A stretch of 64,000 bases of DNA from Nemertoderma westbladi (Eukaryota > Animalia > Xenacoelomorpha): the NCBI GenBank assembly GCA_032718475.1, contig JAUCBJ010001861.1:1-64000 (forward strand), read 5' to 3'. Positions within the stretch are counted from its first letter, which is position 1. Each line of letters starts with the position of its first letter. The notes beneath the pieces were generated by a model. The model worked only from the letters and a program-made list of their open reading frames with translations. It was not told the DNA's origin and searched no databases. The position numbers and the translations under genes are program-made. This document shows, in pieces, positions 17,353-29,400 of this stretch.

Positions 17353-19677
17353 AACTTACCCAATATACTATGAACGGTTGGTTGATTGGGTACTATTTAC
17401 CTAACTTACCCAATATACTATGAACGGTTGGTTGATTGGGTACTATTTACCTAACTTACCCAATATATTATGAACGGTTGGTTGATTGGGTACTATTTAC
17501 CTAACTTACCCAATATACTATGAACGGTTGGTTGATTGAGTACTATTTACCTAACTTACCCAATATACTATGAACGGTTGGTTGATTGGGTACTATTTAC
17601 CGAACTTACCCAATATACTATGAACGGTTGGTTGATTGGGTACTATTTACCTAACTTACCCAATATATTATGAACGGTTGGTTGATTGGGTACTATTTAC
17701 CTAACTTACCCAATATACTATGAACGGTTGGTTGATTGGGTACTATTTACCTAACTTACCCAATATACTATGAACGGTTGGTTGATTGGGTACTATTTAC
17801 CTAACTTACCCAATATACTATGAACGGTTGGTTGATTGGGTACTATTTACCTAACTTACCCAATATACTATGAACGGTTGGTTGATTGGGTACTATTTAC
17901 CTAACTTACCCAATATATTATGAACGGTTGGTTGATTGGGTACTATTTACCTAACTTACCCAATATACTATGAACGGTTGGTTGATTGGGTACTATTTAC
18001 CGAACTTACCCAATATACTATGAACGGTTGGTTGATTGGGTACTATTTACCTAACTTACCCAATATATTATGAACGGTTGGTTGATTGGGTACTATTTAC
18101 CTAACTTACCCAATATACTATGAACGGTTGGTTGATTGGGTACTATTTACCTAACTTACCCAATATACTATGAACGGTTGGTTGATTGGGTACTATTTAC
18201 CTAACTTACCCAATATACTATGAACGGTTGGTTGATTGGGTACTATTTACCTAACTTACCCAATATATTATGAACGGTTGGTTGATTGGGTACTATTTAC
18301 CTAACTTACCCAATATATTATGAACGGTTGGTTGATTGGGTACTATTTACCTAACTTACCCAATATACTATGAACGGTTGGTTGATTGGGTACTATTTAC
18401 CTAACTTACCCAATATACTATGAACGGTTGGTTGATTGGGTACTATTTACCTAACTTACCCAATATATTATGAACGGTTGGTTGATTGGGTACTATTTAC
18501 CTAACTTACCCAATATATTATGAACGGTTGGTTGATTGAGTACTATTTACCTAACTTACCCAATATACTATGAACGGTTGGTTGATTGGGTACTATTTAC
18601 CGAACTTACCCAATATACTATGAACGGTTGGTTGATTGGGTACTATTTACCTAACTTACCCAATATATTATGAACGGTTGGTTGATTGGGTACTATTTAC
18701 CTAACTTACCCAATATATTATGAACGGTTGGTTGATTGAGTACTATTTACCTAACTTACCCAATATACTATGAACGGTTGGTTGATTGGGTACTATTTAC
18801 CGAACTTACCCAATATATTATGAACGGTTGGTTGATTGGGTACTATTTACCTAACTTACCCAATATATTATGAACGGTTGGTTGATTGGGTACTATTTAC
18901 CTAACTTACCCAATATATTATGAACGGTTGGTTGATTGGGTACTATTTACCTAACTTACCCAATATACTATGAACGGTTGGTTGATTGGGTACTATTTAC
19001 CTAACTTACCCAATATATTATGAACGGTTGGTTGATTGAGTACTATTTACCTAACTTACCCAATATATATGAACGGTTGGTTGATTGAGTACTATTTACC
19101 GAACTTACCCAATATACTATGAACGGTTGGTTGATTGGGTACTATTTACCTAACTTACCCAATATATTATGAACGGTTGGTTGATTGGGTACTATTTACC
19201 GAACTTACCCAATATATTATGAACGGTTGGTTGATTGGGTACTATTTACCTAACTTACCCAATATATTATGAACGGTTGGTTGATTGGGTACTATTTACC
19301 TAACTTACCCAATATACTATGAACGGTTGGTTGATTGGGTACTATTTACCTAACTTACCCAATATATTATGAACGGTTGGTTGATTGGGTACTATTTACC
19401 TAACTTACCCAATATATTATGAACGGTTGGTTGATTGGGTACTATTTACCTAACTTACCCAATATATTATGAACGGTTGGTTGATTGGGTACTATTTACC
19501 TAACTTACCCAATATATTATGAACGGTTGGTTGATTGGGTACTATTTACCTAACTTACCCAATATATTATGAACGGTTGGTTGATTGGGTACTATTTACC
19601 TAACTTACCCAATATATTATGAACGGTTGGTTGATTGGGTACTATTTACCTAACTTACCCAATATACTATGAACGGT
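17353..19677 (-). repeat. 50-bp satellite (about 46 copies) made of the PRP4K exon-end/5' splice-site junction
   Basis: Minus unit ACCGTTCATAGTATATTGG|GTAAGTtaggtaaatagtacccaatcaacca; the first copy is the real donor at 19659/19658. Confidence 0.97.
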
Positions 19678-19815
19678 GTAGCGTTTATCTAATGATTCAC
19701 CAACTTTCACCCTGTAGTATCCATCTGAATCATCCCAATTGTCGTTGAGATTACGTAGACCCTTCATATCAGTAACTCCAGCCAATTCAAGTCGACGTTG
19801 TTTAGCGGCTGGTGA
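19659..19815 (-). CDS. PRPF4B: PRP4 kinase exon (SPAAKQRRLELAGVTDMKGLRNLNDNWDDSDGYYRVKVGESLDKRYTVHSIL)
   Basis: NL.DNW.D..GYYRV..GE.LDKRY motif that precedes the PRP4K kinase domain; acceptor ttttgcag|, donor GG|GTAAGT. Confidence 0.95.
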
Positions 19816-20391
19816 CTGCAAAATAGTAATTAAAGGTGTTCAAGTAGAATGCCAACAATACGCCAATACGCGAATATTATTTATTAGATCCAATCAACTA
19901 TCTGCATTTTTCAGGTGTGGAAATGTTATAACTATCAAAGCCATTGTGTAAAGTAGCACAGTGTTCTGTTCAGTGTTAGTGTTCTGACCCTAAATATAAG
20001 TTTGTACACAAACGAAAGTAGTGAGTGGGGTAAAGTAAAGATACGGGGATCAGAACACTATAAAGTACTTTGCAAGTTTTCAAGTATAAATAGTTCTATT
20101 TCAAAATTTTATTACGAAACTATTGATGATACAAAAACGCATATGATAAATTTGTTGTTAAAAAGGTGTAGGACTTTTGGTGGAATTTCTCAAATTTTAG
20201 AAAATTAAAGAGCATCAAATCATAAAAGATTAGGACCAAGAGGACTCTCGACGCAAATCGCGTCGTTGGAGATTTTTACTTGTTAACAACTTTGAGGGAT
20301 TTAAAAAATCAAAACTAAAATTTGATCAATGGCCCCACAAGTTGATATTTTTTATAGACTTTCAGACATTCCAGACGAGAGAAGAGAATAG

Positions 20392-20674
20392 AGGTTCCAC
20401 CTTGGTGTAGTGGTTGCATTGAATTCACATCTCCTGTAGGTCGTGGGTTCGATCCTCACACGGGCCAGGGCAGTTTTCGTTTCGGTACGAATGCTTTAAA
20501 GGGACCAGCCAGGGCGCATCTCTGCCTTGCATCCTTAAGTGGTAGCTAAATGAGTACTGGAGTTTCCTCTCGGGAGTAAAGTTCTGGGGGGACCGCACTC
20601 GAAATAAGTCGTCAGACTTTGTGCGTAATCCCTGGCCTAACGGCAGAAGAAAATTTACTTTTTACTTTTACTTT
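20392..20674 (+). mobile_element. tRNA-derived SINE
   Basis: Pol III A box (TGGTGTAGTGG) and B box (GGTTCGATCC) at the 5' end; central ctctgccttgcatcc...gctaaatgagtac block resembling the conserved central domain of MetaSINE/MESC-type SINEs; (ttttac)n tail. Confidence 0.75.
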
Positions 20675-21018
20675 GACTAGTTCAACAGACTGTAGAAACG
20701 ATGTCCTAACATTCATTTGCTCAATATTAAACTTTATAAGTTATTAAATTTTATATAAATTTTTAGGTGATTAGATTATTAGAATATTAAATTTTAGATG
20801 GGAACAGCTTAGCAAAGTCGTCATTGACACCCAAGTGGAATCGAACTGGTGACCTACGGATAGCAGCTCATATAAAATAATGAACTTGACAGATATGTAC
20901 ACAACACCATTACACCAATGGGTGTGCACTGTGCACCAATGGGAGGTGCTACGCGATGTCCCAACTCCGGCTGTTATTCTCTGTTACTACTATAATGGAC
21001 TTAAGTTGTCAAAATTAA

Positions 21019-22091
21019 GGGGATCAGTACAGGCATTTTTTCCAAACAAACTACTATTATTAAGCCTCGGCTCACTTTTAGAACGCATCAGATTACTTTA
21101 TAGGCAAACTGTTCTTACATTCCAACCAGAATTAGATGGACTTTTTCAGGTTAACCAATTGGTTTTTTAATTTCAATTTTTTTTTCATATATTTAGCTTA
21201 TTTTTTTAAAATGAACCTAATTAAAAAAAAAAAAATAGCCAAATAATTAGTGTCACAAACATTAAAATCACGATTCGGTGCTTATGCGTACATAATACAA
21301 AAAAAATAATTGGTTAACTTTATTCTAACGTTATTCTAAAGGTAAAAAATGATCCTAGTGAGATATTTTCAAGTCTATAACTCAAATGGCAGCTGAGAAA
21401 CATGTACCGAAAGAAATTCTAAAAACTCATTTTGAGAAAAATTAAGATAAAATTTAAACTTTCTCGCGCAAAAACTGTCTGTTATTATGAAATAATGTCT
21501 GTCAATATATACCTTGCAAAAAGAAAGCACAAAACCATACTACGATCTTTGCTATGGGGTTTTCCTGGTCGCTGATTTCATTTCTGTGATCAGTTTAATG
21601 AAATCTTATTTGTCTGTATGTCTGTCTGTCGGTCTTTCTGACTATCCGACAATCTGTCCGTCAAATATAAGAAAAGGGCACATAATCTAGTTAAAAGTAT
21701 AACTAGAGTGGTTTTCGCGGTTGCAGAATTCATTTCGAGAGTCAGTTTTAACATTTAATGACTTCCAAATTGTCTGTTTGGCAGTCAGTCTGTCGGTTAT
21801 ATCTTGACGGACAGACTGACAGACATTCAGACAGAAACGACGAAGCCAAATTTGAATATTGACATCAGAAATGAAGTCACCAACCACGAAACCCCAATAT
21901 AGGGAATCTTTTTAGACAGATAGTTTGCTTTTTATTGACGGACAGACATACTGACGGACAAAGCGACAGTTACTCGGACAGACAGCCATATCTCGAGAAG
22001 TAAGACATATCTTGCTAAACGTTGTTTTCAAATTTGGAATCTTGATAAAAATTTGCTCTAAAATTAAAAAAAATTTGGATGCCTGTACCCC
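21019..22091. mobile_element. Non-autonomous DNA transposon with TTAA target duplication (Kolobok-like)
   Basis: ttaa|ggggatcagtacaggcat ... atgcctgtacccc|ttaa imperfect TIRs; internal inverted blocks (ggggttttcctggtcgctgatttcatttctg vs cagaaatgaagtcaccaaccacgaaacccc; gtct vs agac runs); no transposase ORF. Confidence 0.65.
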
Positions 22092-22314
22092 TTAAGTAAA
22101 GATGGGGTGTTTGTAAATATTTTTGACTTTAGTGATACTTGTTTCGTTCTGTAACTAGATCATGTGAGCTTTATTGACATGCTGGTTGTAGTATTATGAA
22201 GATATGTTGAATGAATTACGTCTCGGGGTTCAACAACTGCGGATCTGGGTGTTAGATTTTTAACAAGGATCCAATTTTGTTTATTTGTCATCTATTTCGA
22301 TTTTCTTCACTCAC

Positions 22315-22452
22315 ATCAAGGAAGAGGTCGTCACTGAACATATCAGCCTTAGGCTTGTCGGTGTCCACAGAGCTCTCGGTAGTCAGACCGCATGGTTGCG
22401 ATGCAGATGTGGCAGCCAAGTCATTCACTGATTCACTCAACTTCTTACCGTT
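22315..22452 (-). CDS. PRPF4B: PRP4 kinase exon (NGKKLSESVNDLAATSASQPCGLTTESSVDTDKPKADMFSDDLFLD)
   Basis: 138 nt open, phase 0 to phase 0; acceptor ttttctag|, donor GAT|GTGAGT; DMF.DD.F motif typical of the PRP4K pre-kinase region. Confidence 0.85.
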
Positions 22453-23506
22453 CTAGAAAAATAAAATGTGAAAGTAAATCAATAGGGAATGTCAAAATGG
22501 TATCTGGGTTCCACTTTTCAATTTTGTATACAAAACAGCCCCCAACGCCCCCCCCCCCCCCCCCCCCCCAGGCCTCCGCCTCCACCCCTCCCCAAATAAA
22601 TTGACCCCACTTCTCTCTGCTAACAGAACTAAGAGGCGCTAGATTAAAACTTAATAAAAAGTTTGATTGATTTATAAAATAAAGACGGATGATAAAATTA
22701 ATGAAATTTCCAACTTGTGATGATATTGTATATATCTATTGTCGGTTTCAGTAGTTTCCACATACGATGGCGAAGTCTTCGGACAAACGTAATACTGATT
22801 GGTTATATTATTAGTATCACCCCTTCATAGATTATGTCCGCTAATGCGGAATTCAAGATTAGAATACCACTGATCTTAACGTTGCAGATGACTCTGGCTT
22901 ACTATCGCACCCACTGGAATTCGCTAAATATATTTTGAATAGTTTAGAAGCGGTTCCTGTGTTGGTATATTTGTTAACGGCAGAAATTGTAAATGAATAA
23001 CTCGAACCTCTTAAATATAAAGAAAGGGATTGTTAAACTTGGGTCGTGATTTCGATCCAACGTTCGTCTATATTTAAAAGGAGTTGTGGCGGCGCAATTT
23101 TGTCGACAAGCCGGCACAGCATTCTTAACATATATGTAATGTATATATAATGCAGCTGCAATGCAGCATGCCGATCGTAGTAGTAGTATTTAAAGACTAT
23201 AAAAGGAAAAGCACGGTCGGCACAAGTTTATAAGTAAGTTCGCCTGTTTTTCAAAGACACATAGCTGGGGAGAGTATTGGCAGTGTTGTGGACTTTTTTG
23301 CGATCAGCGATCGCAGATCCGTATATGTTGAGGATTTTAGAATTTTCATCCGCATTTAAAAACATAAAAATAATTGATAAAATATATCATTACATTTATT
23401 AATTAATAACTATTATACAACATACTATTATTTTTATTGTTGAACAAAATTAAATATTACTAGCATACAATAACAAGAGGGTTGGATATACGGTACTAAA
23501 ACATTG

Positions 23507-24946
23507 TCAGCCCGACAGCGTTTGTAGACGAGTTTCTATGGGCAACGCCATCGAAATCACAATACACAGAAACGAGACACCGGTAAACATACCAACGAAC
23601 ATATACGAACTGTAATTAATCATATAAATGACCACGAATACACCGCAAGCGGCGCCAATTCGACTGGTCATAAACCCCATGCTACAGGCGATAGAGCGTA
23701 CATGTGTGGGATACACCTCGGGGCTGTATAGGTAGCAGGTTTGATATACAGCAGACGCGATAGAACGAGCTACAGATAGGATGATCACCAGAGACGAATA
23801 ACCCAAACATGTTAGCACTAAGGGAAACAGTGCAACCAATACCGCGGAACCCGCAGCCATGGTAATCTTCCTCCCCCACCAATCCACAACCATAAAGACC
23901 ACAAATAAACTGGGTAATTCCGCGAGTGACATGATAAAAACGGCGAGGTAATCCTTATCATCTAATTCGTGGCAAGTCAGTAAACAGTCTGGAGTCTCGT
24001 GCGGTGTTAAAGTATTTATAATATCAGAAGAGCCCCGACACGACTGCCTTTCCACAAGAAGTACTTCTCCTGAAACAACCACCAATCCAAAATAAAGAAA
24101 TCCGATGAAAAACCATAAAATCCACAGTAAAACACTTGTAACGCGGAGTTCTGGTGTGAAAGCGTCTTTTAAGCAACCCCGGTGAGTGTTTCTGTTGCCG
24201 ATTAAAGTACCTTCATGGATCAGTTCGTCATCCGAATTGGCCATCTTCGTTAGTGTTCGGTAGGCCTTGGCGTGATCACCAGACACGATGTCGAAACAGG
24301 GAGACTCGGGGAGCCAGAGACACGCGAGGAAAAATATAAGTTCCACAAAGGCCGAGACGAATACTACATAACGCCAACTGTACTGCACCAAACCTAGCGC
24401 GATCAAAGAGATAAAACTTCCGCCAAAGGCGAAGAAAACATCGACGGCAAGGATCGATCTGGCGCGGCCGTCTGGAGGAACCAACTCCGCTAAACAAACC
24501 ACAGTCACCATGCCGATGCCCATCTGTATAGTAACAATGAATCTGGTAAGGAATAACCAAGTGAAATCCTGCGTAAAGGCGCTGAGAAGGGAAAAATACA
24601 AAGTTAGCCCGCTAGAGAGCAGCATAGAGATTCGGCGACCGAATATATCGCTGATTTTGCCGAAGATATAAGCCCCAACCATCATCCCGATGTACATGGA
24701 AGCATTGAGCCATGTAACCTGCGCGGGAAGTAATTGCCACTGACACCGCAGCACTTGGGCAAGTATCACGGTGAGGATAGTGAGCAGTGAGTCTTGGAAC
24801 CATCGCACGCCTATGGTGCAGACAACTTTGGTGTGGAAGGTACGCCATCCAATCCTTTGGATAGCCTCTCCAACAGTGTAAGTCTTACCAGAGACTATGG
24901 ATGACTTCTCACCAGATAAGCGACTACTCAATTGGATATTCACCAT
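23507..24946 (-). CDS. Intronless SV2-related (SVOP-like) major facilitator superfamily transporter, nested on the same strand inside a PRP4K intron
   Basis: Multiple hydrophobic helices; MFS/SLC22 motifs GKISDIFGRR, LAELVP, LPESP, DWWGRK, YLYSPEVYPTHVRS, SRIGA, LPIETR. First ATG at 24946 (the ORF track starts at an upstream GTG). Confidence 0.88.
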   Translation of the reverse strand: MVNIQLSSRLSGEKSSIVSGKTYTVGEAIQRIGWRTFHTKVVCTIGVRWFQDSLLTILTVILAQVLRCQWQLLPAQVTWLNASMYIGMMVGAYIFGKISDIFGRRISMLLSSGLTLYFSLLSAFTQDFTWLFLTRFIVTIQMGIGMVTVVCLAELVPPDGRARSILAVDVFFAFGGSFISLIALGLVQYSWRYVVFVSAFVELIFFLACLWLPESPCFDIVSGDHAKAYRTLTKMANSDDELIHEGTLIGNRNTHRGCLKDAFTPELRVTSVLLWILWFFIGFLYFGLVVVSGEVLLVERQSCRGSSDIINTLTPHETPDCLLTCHELDDKDYLAVFIMSLAELPSLFVVFMVVDWWGRKITMAAGSAVLVALFPLVLTCLGYSSLVIILSVARSIASAVYQTCYLYSPEVYPTHVRSIACSMGFMTSRIGAACGVFVVIYMINYSSYMFVGMFTGVSFLCIVISMALPIETRLQTLSG

Positions 24947-25307
24947 GGCTTGAAATATCACAAAAACATAAACCTAGTTTCAGGCCGTGTCAGTGTCTAC
25001 GGTTGTAGCATAGTGTCCAAAAAAGTAAAAGTAAAAAATAATAATATACAAAACGAATAAGTAATAAATAATTGATTATTGAATGATGGAAATTAAATTT
25101 AGATAGGTATTTCAGAAATATTAAATTAAACGAATATTACAGTGATGATTACCCGCGGTAAATAAAATGAATATGTATTCTCCTGCCAAAACTAACACCT
25201 ACAAATGAGTATAAACTTGGCAAAGTCATCTAATATTACTATAAACTGTTTGTTTGGAAAACACAATGTTAGGGCCCCAAAGTGAGCAATACCGACTGAT
25301 AGGAAAC

Positions 25308-25740
25308 TGGGGCGAGCCACGAAGTCTAGGTGAGCCTCTGCGTGGCGGTATAATTATTTGGGCCGTCTGTTGTCGTCGTCGTCGGCGTTGTTGGAAATGT
25401 TTGAACGATAATGGTCAATCTTGAATGGTACCAAACTTGGTACACATGTTGACTGTCAACAGTTTAAAAATTATATAGAAGATGCAGAAAAAAATGATTT
25501 TGAAAAAATGAAGGGAGGGTAGTTTAAGGGGGGGGGGGGGGGGGGGGGGGGGGGGTACTGGCTTGGAAGTCAAAATTTTGACTGCTGAAATTCTTACTGC
25601 ACCAACGAGCGATTACGTAGAAAAAAGTGTCAGATACATTTTGGGTGGGCTATATTGAATTGTAATATTTTCAAAAAAAAATTCACTTGTGACGCCCCAT
25701 AGCGGCCAGAGCCCAAATTTACATTTTGGACTTAAAATGC
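25308..25740 (+). mobile_element. Fragment of a Helentron/DINE-1-like non-autonomous element
   Basis: tggggcgagccacgaagt 5' block, (gtc)n microsatellite and ccaaacttggtacacatgtt core, all shared with the element starting at 34267; 3' end uncertain. Confidence 0.45.
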
Positions 25741-26125
25741 TTTATAACGAACCTGCCTATTAATAATACACAGTGTGTGTGTGTGTATAACCATCCAATA
25801 TCTCAACAACTCAAGCAGGTACGCAAAAATATTAACAGCAAACTATACGCAGAAGACTGTTTTGTGGCGTTTTGACCACGGAGTCACTGAAAAATAGCTG
25901 TTTTGAAAATGTAAAGTCGAACTTCACCGATTTCAACTCGTCGACTATTTTTACTCCAACTTTTTTATTTGGGATATTCAGTATTCTGAGCAACATATTT
26001 TAGCCTCTTCAAATATCGCCAATCACAAAGTACTTAACCAATAACATGCAGTGGGTTGTAGGACCTCCCGAGTAATAATTAACAATAATTTAATGACACA
26101 ACACATTTAATTATATTTGACTTAC

Positions 26126-26245
26126 GGTTTCAATGTTCTGGTTCGGTGAGTTCCCTTTACTAGATCTGGATGGAGTGGCCGTGGAATCCGATTCGGAATC
26201 GGACGTCCCGTCAGAAGACGACGACGATGTCATTATCGACGCTTC
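26126..26245 (-). CDS. PRPF4B: PRP4 kinase exon, Ser-rich linker (EASIMTSSSSSDGTSDSESDSTATPSRSSKGNSPNQNIET)
   Basis: 120 nt open, phase 0 to phase 0; acceptor ttttttgttgtag|, donor ACC|GTAAGT; fits between the 53200 and 22452 exons. Confidence 0.8.
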
Positions 26246-26468
26246 CTACAACAAAAAACGTGTGTACGGTTATAATAGTTACTAAGTTACAGCAGTTTAG
26301 AATACAATAACACGAATAATATAGGAATCGTTGAATAAAATTAGATTTCATTTAAATTATTTAGTAGGGATATGAAGAACATAAATATATTACTAATAAT
26401 GTACTACAATTTTACTAGTTCTATCAATAATTTTTCATAGAACTATCAATATTTGTAAATTAGAAGGA

Positions 26469-29400
26469 ATGACAAAAATAAATATGACAAAGTTCAGAAT
26501 AACAGGAATCTTCGTGTTCTGTATACTAAAGGTAGTTTTCGTTGAAGGTATAGTTACACGTCCGAAACAGGGAACCAAAAAGGAGATTTGTATAATGAAT
26601 CGCTCGGGTGAACATGTTCGATGTATTTCCAGCCCTGAAAGGAGGCAGTTCTCGGAACCCATGCGTCGAGTACTCGAACAATTTGGAGTTTGGGACGAAA
26701 ATCTCATCGACTTAAATCGGTTCAACTTGGAGACCCGACAAATAAAAGTGTTCGAGAACGGAGAATTACATAAACTCCACAAAAGTGTATCTACGAAACC
26801 TGACATTTTAAGCCCCGACGATATGCACATATCGACAAACAAGGCGAAGAATAACAAAATAATAGAGTTCCTTACCAAGCTCAGGGGAAACTACCACGAA
26901 CCTCTTGGGGATGCGATTGGTAACCCAGCTGGAGAAGAATGGCTCAAAGAGATGGAATTCTTGCTGGATTATGACGACATACAAGAAACGCAATCTGACA
27001 AAAGTGCAATAAAACCGTACTTAAAAAAAAATCATAGAAAGAAAATCACTAATACAGCAATGAAAATGGAATTCCCAGTAGCAAACGGAGTAGAAACTGG
27101 AAGTTTAATAGAACTTGGTGAAGCCGGTATTGCCCTGCCGCTAATGTGGGATGATTGGGAGCCGTGGGGGCCGTGCAACACCACCTGCGGAATGGGCCAC
27201 AAACGCAGAATACGCAGATGCCTCGATGCGCCACACATTGTCTGTCCAGGCCCATACGTGGCTCACGAACCCTGTCATGTTACAAATTGCCCGGTGCTCG
27301 GCACAGTACCCACACTCGTGTGGTTTATTATACTCACCGTTGTATTCGGTTTGCTCGTGTTGTATTTAATTGGAAGATGTTTCGTACACCATATCAGAGG
27401 AGTGCGAATGTTCACATTTGGGAAACCAAAGTTTCTCAGGAAATTACAGGAAAAAATGCACAAAAAGCAAGGAGAAGATGAAGACTTAGGGAAAAAAAGC
27501 GTCCATGACCAAATTACAGATATGACTGACGTCGAATCACTAGAAATCGAAAATGAGGCCAAAGAAAAGGATGTCTTTCTTAAATCGGCGATTCTTCTGG
27601 TTAATTTATTCTGGTGGCCATGGAAATGGAAGAGAATAAAGGATGAAGACCATGTACCTTCCGTGGACTATGAAGGTCATATTGATGAGGAAATAGGTTT
27701 TGATGATAGATGGGAGGATGGGCAGTATGGTGGTCAGGAATACGATCAATATGAAAATGAAAATAGAATTAGTTTAGGAAAACCGCTGTCAAATGTACCA
27801 GAGGAAAACATACTAAACGAACAATCATTGGAGCCGAATATAGCGGCATCGCCCGCTGCAAGTCAACCTCAGATAGAGGAAGACCCAGAAACGGCACAGA
27901 ACAGTGGAAAGCACAAAACAATGAGGGATTTAGCGTTGGCTGGTCGAGCAGCTATGCGAATGGGAAAGGGGGGAGTTAAAGAAGATGTTCCATTACCGCC
28001 GTCACAGGACAGTGGTCTGGCTGAAAAGCATAAAACAATGAAGGATCTAGCATTAGCTGGTCGGGCAGCTATGCGAATTGGTAAGGGGGGAGTTTCTTCT
28101 GATATTCCATTAACACCACCTCCACCACCACCACAGGAAGCTGCGGCTTTAAAGCATAAAACATTGAGGGATATAGCGATGGCGGGTCGGTTTGCTATGC
28201 GAATGGGGGGAGGTTGGAACCCGGCGGGCAAGGGTAAGGGCCAAACGCCGAGTCGGGAAACAAGCAGGGATGGGCTGACACGAATCGAAATGTTATCAAA
28301 ATTGACGCAAATAAAGGGCGGTAAATACGCTGGGGAAATAACCGACTCAGGGAACATAGAGAGAATCCAAACAGAGACACAAACTGATGAAACAGCCCAA
28401 AAGTTTCCCGATTTAGGAGAAGTATTAATATCAAAGGAGATACAGGAAGCTGAGAGCAAACAACAACAGGAGCAAACCCAGTCATACGGGGGACAACAGA
28501 TATACGGGGGGCAACAGTCATACGGGGGCGGGGGTCAACAGGCATACGTGGGACAATCAGGATTAATGATGCCTGGAGAATCCGTGTCTCAGATGCATCC
28601 AAGTCCTGGGTACGATCACACGTGTAGGGATTGCAATCCTGCGGGACTTCAATTAGGTGACTATCAACAAACTGGCTATTGGTCTGGATACCAGGGACAA
28701 CAACAACAGCAACAACCGTCGTCACACATGTATTCGGAGGGAGCAAGTTATAACATGACAACACAAAGACCGCTAGCAGTGGACCCACAGCAATCACAGT
28801 TTGCTTGGAAGGATTCTACAGGTCGATCTGGCATTACAGGTTTAAGTCAGCAAGGCAAACCATCGGGTACGGAAGAACCCAATTACATCATCCCAACGCA
28901 ATATAAAGTAACTACAAACGATCCTACCAGAATGTTGCAATCCTCTCAATCAAAGCCATGGTCTCAGAAATTACAAATTAGGAAAGACATCAGAGACCAA
29001 CCAGGTACGTCGACCTATGATCAAACCAGAGTGCTTCCTGGTGTTCCAATGCCTACTGGAACACAAATGCCTACTGGAGCACAAATGCCTATTGGAGCAC
29101 AAATGCCTTCTGGTATTCCAATGCATTTTGGCGGCCAAACACAATGGAGACAGCCTGGCCCAGTCTTTGATCCACCGCAAGGAGAAATGAATTCATATCA
29201 CCTGAATTCACCAGCAGCAGGGTTACACCGTTTCCATAACGACTCCTTCAATACTTACTACAACCAACATCTTATGGGTCGCCCAGCAGGTTGCATACAC
29301 AAGAATCCAAAAGATGAGTCACCAAAGCGCTTTACAACATTTATTCAAACTGAAGTTGGAAATCCTGAAACCATAGGAAAACGGAGGATTTCACCAACAA

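Noticed and set aside
20392-20470. tRNA gene
   Set aside because: A and B boxes are present but there is no convincing cloverleaf; it continues into a SINE body and simple-repeat tail.
20820-20870. Second tRNA-like B box on the minus strand (gttcgattcc)
   Set aside because: Isolated degenerate fragment, probably an old SINE remnant; boundaries cannot be supported.
25528-25555. Long poly-G/poly-C runs (also near 2446, 22548, 36077 and 37741)
   Set aside because: Simple homopolymers, several inside TE fragments; lengths are unreliable and there is no functional evidence.
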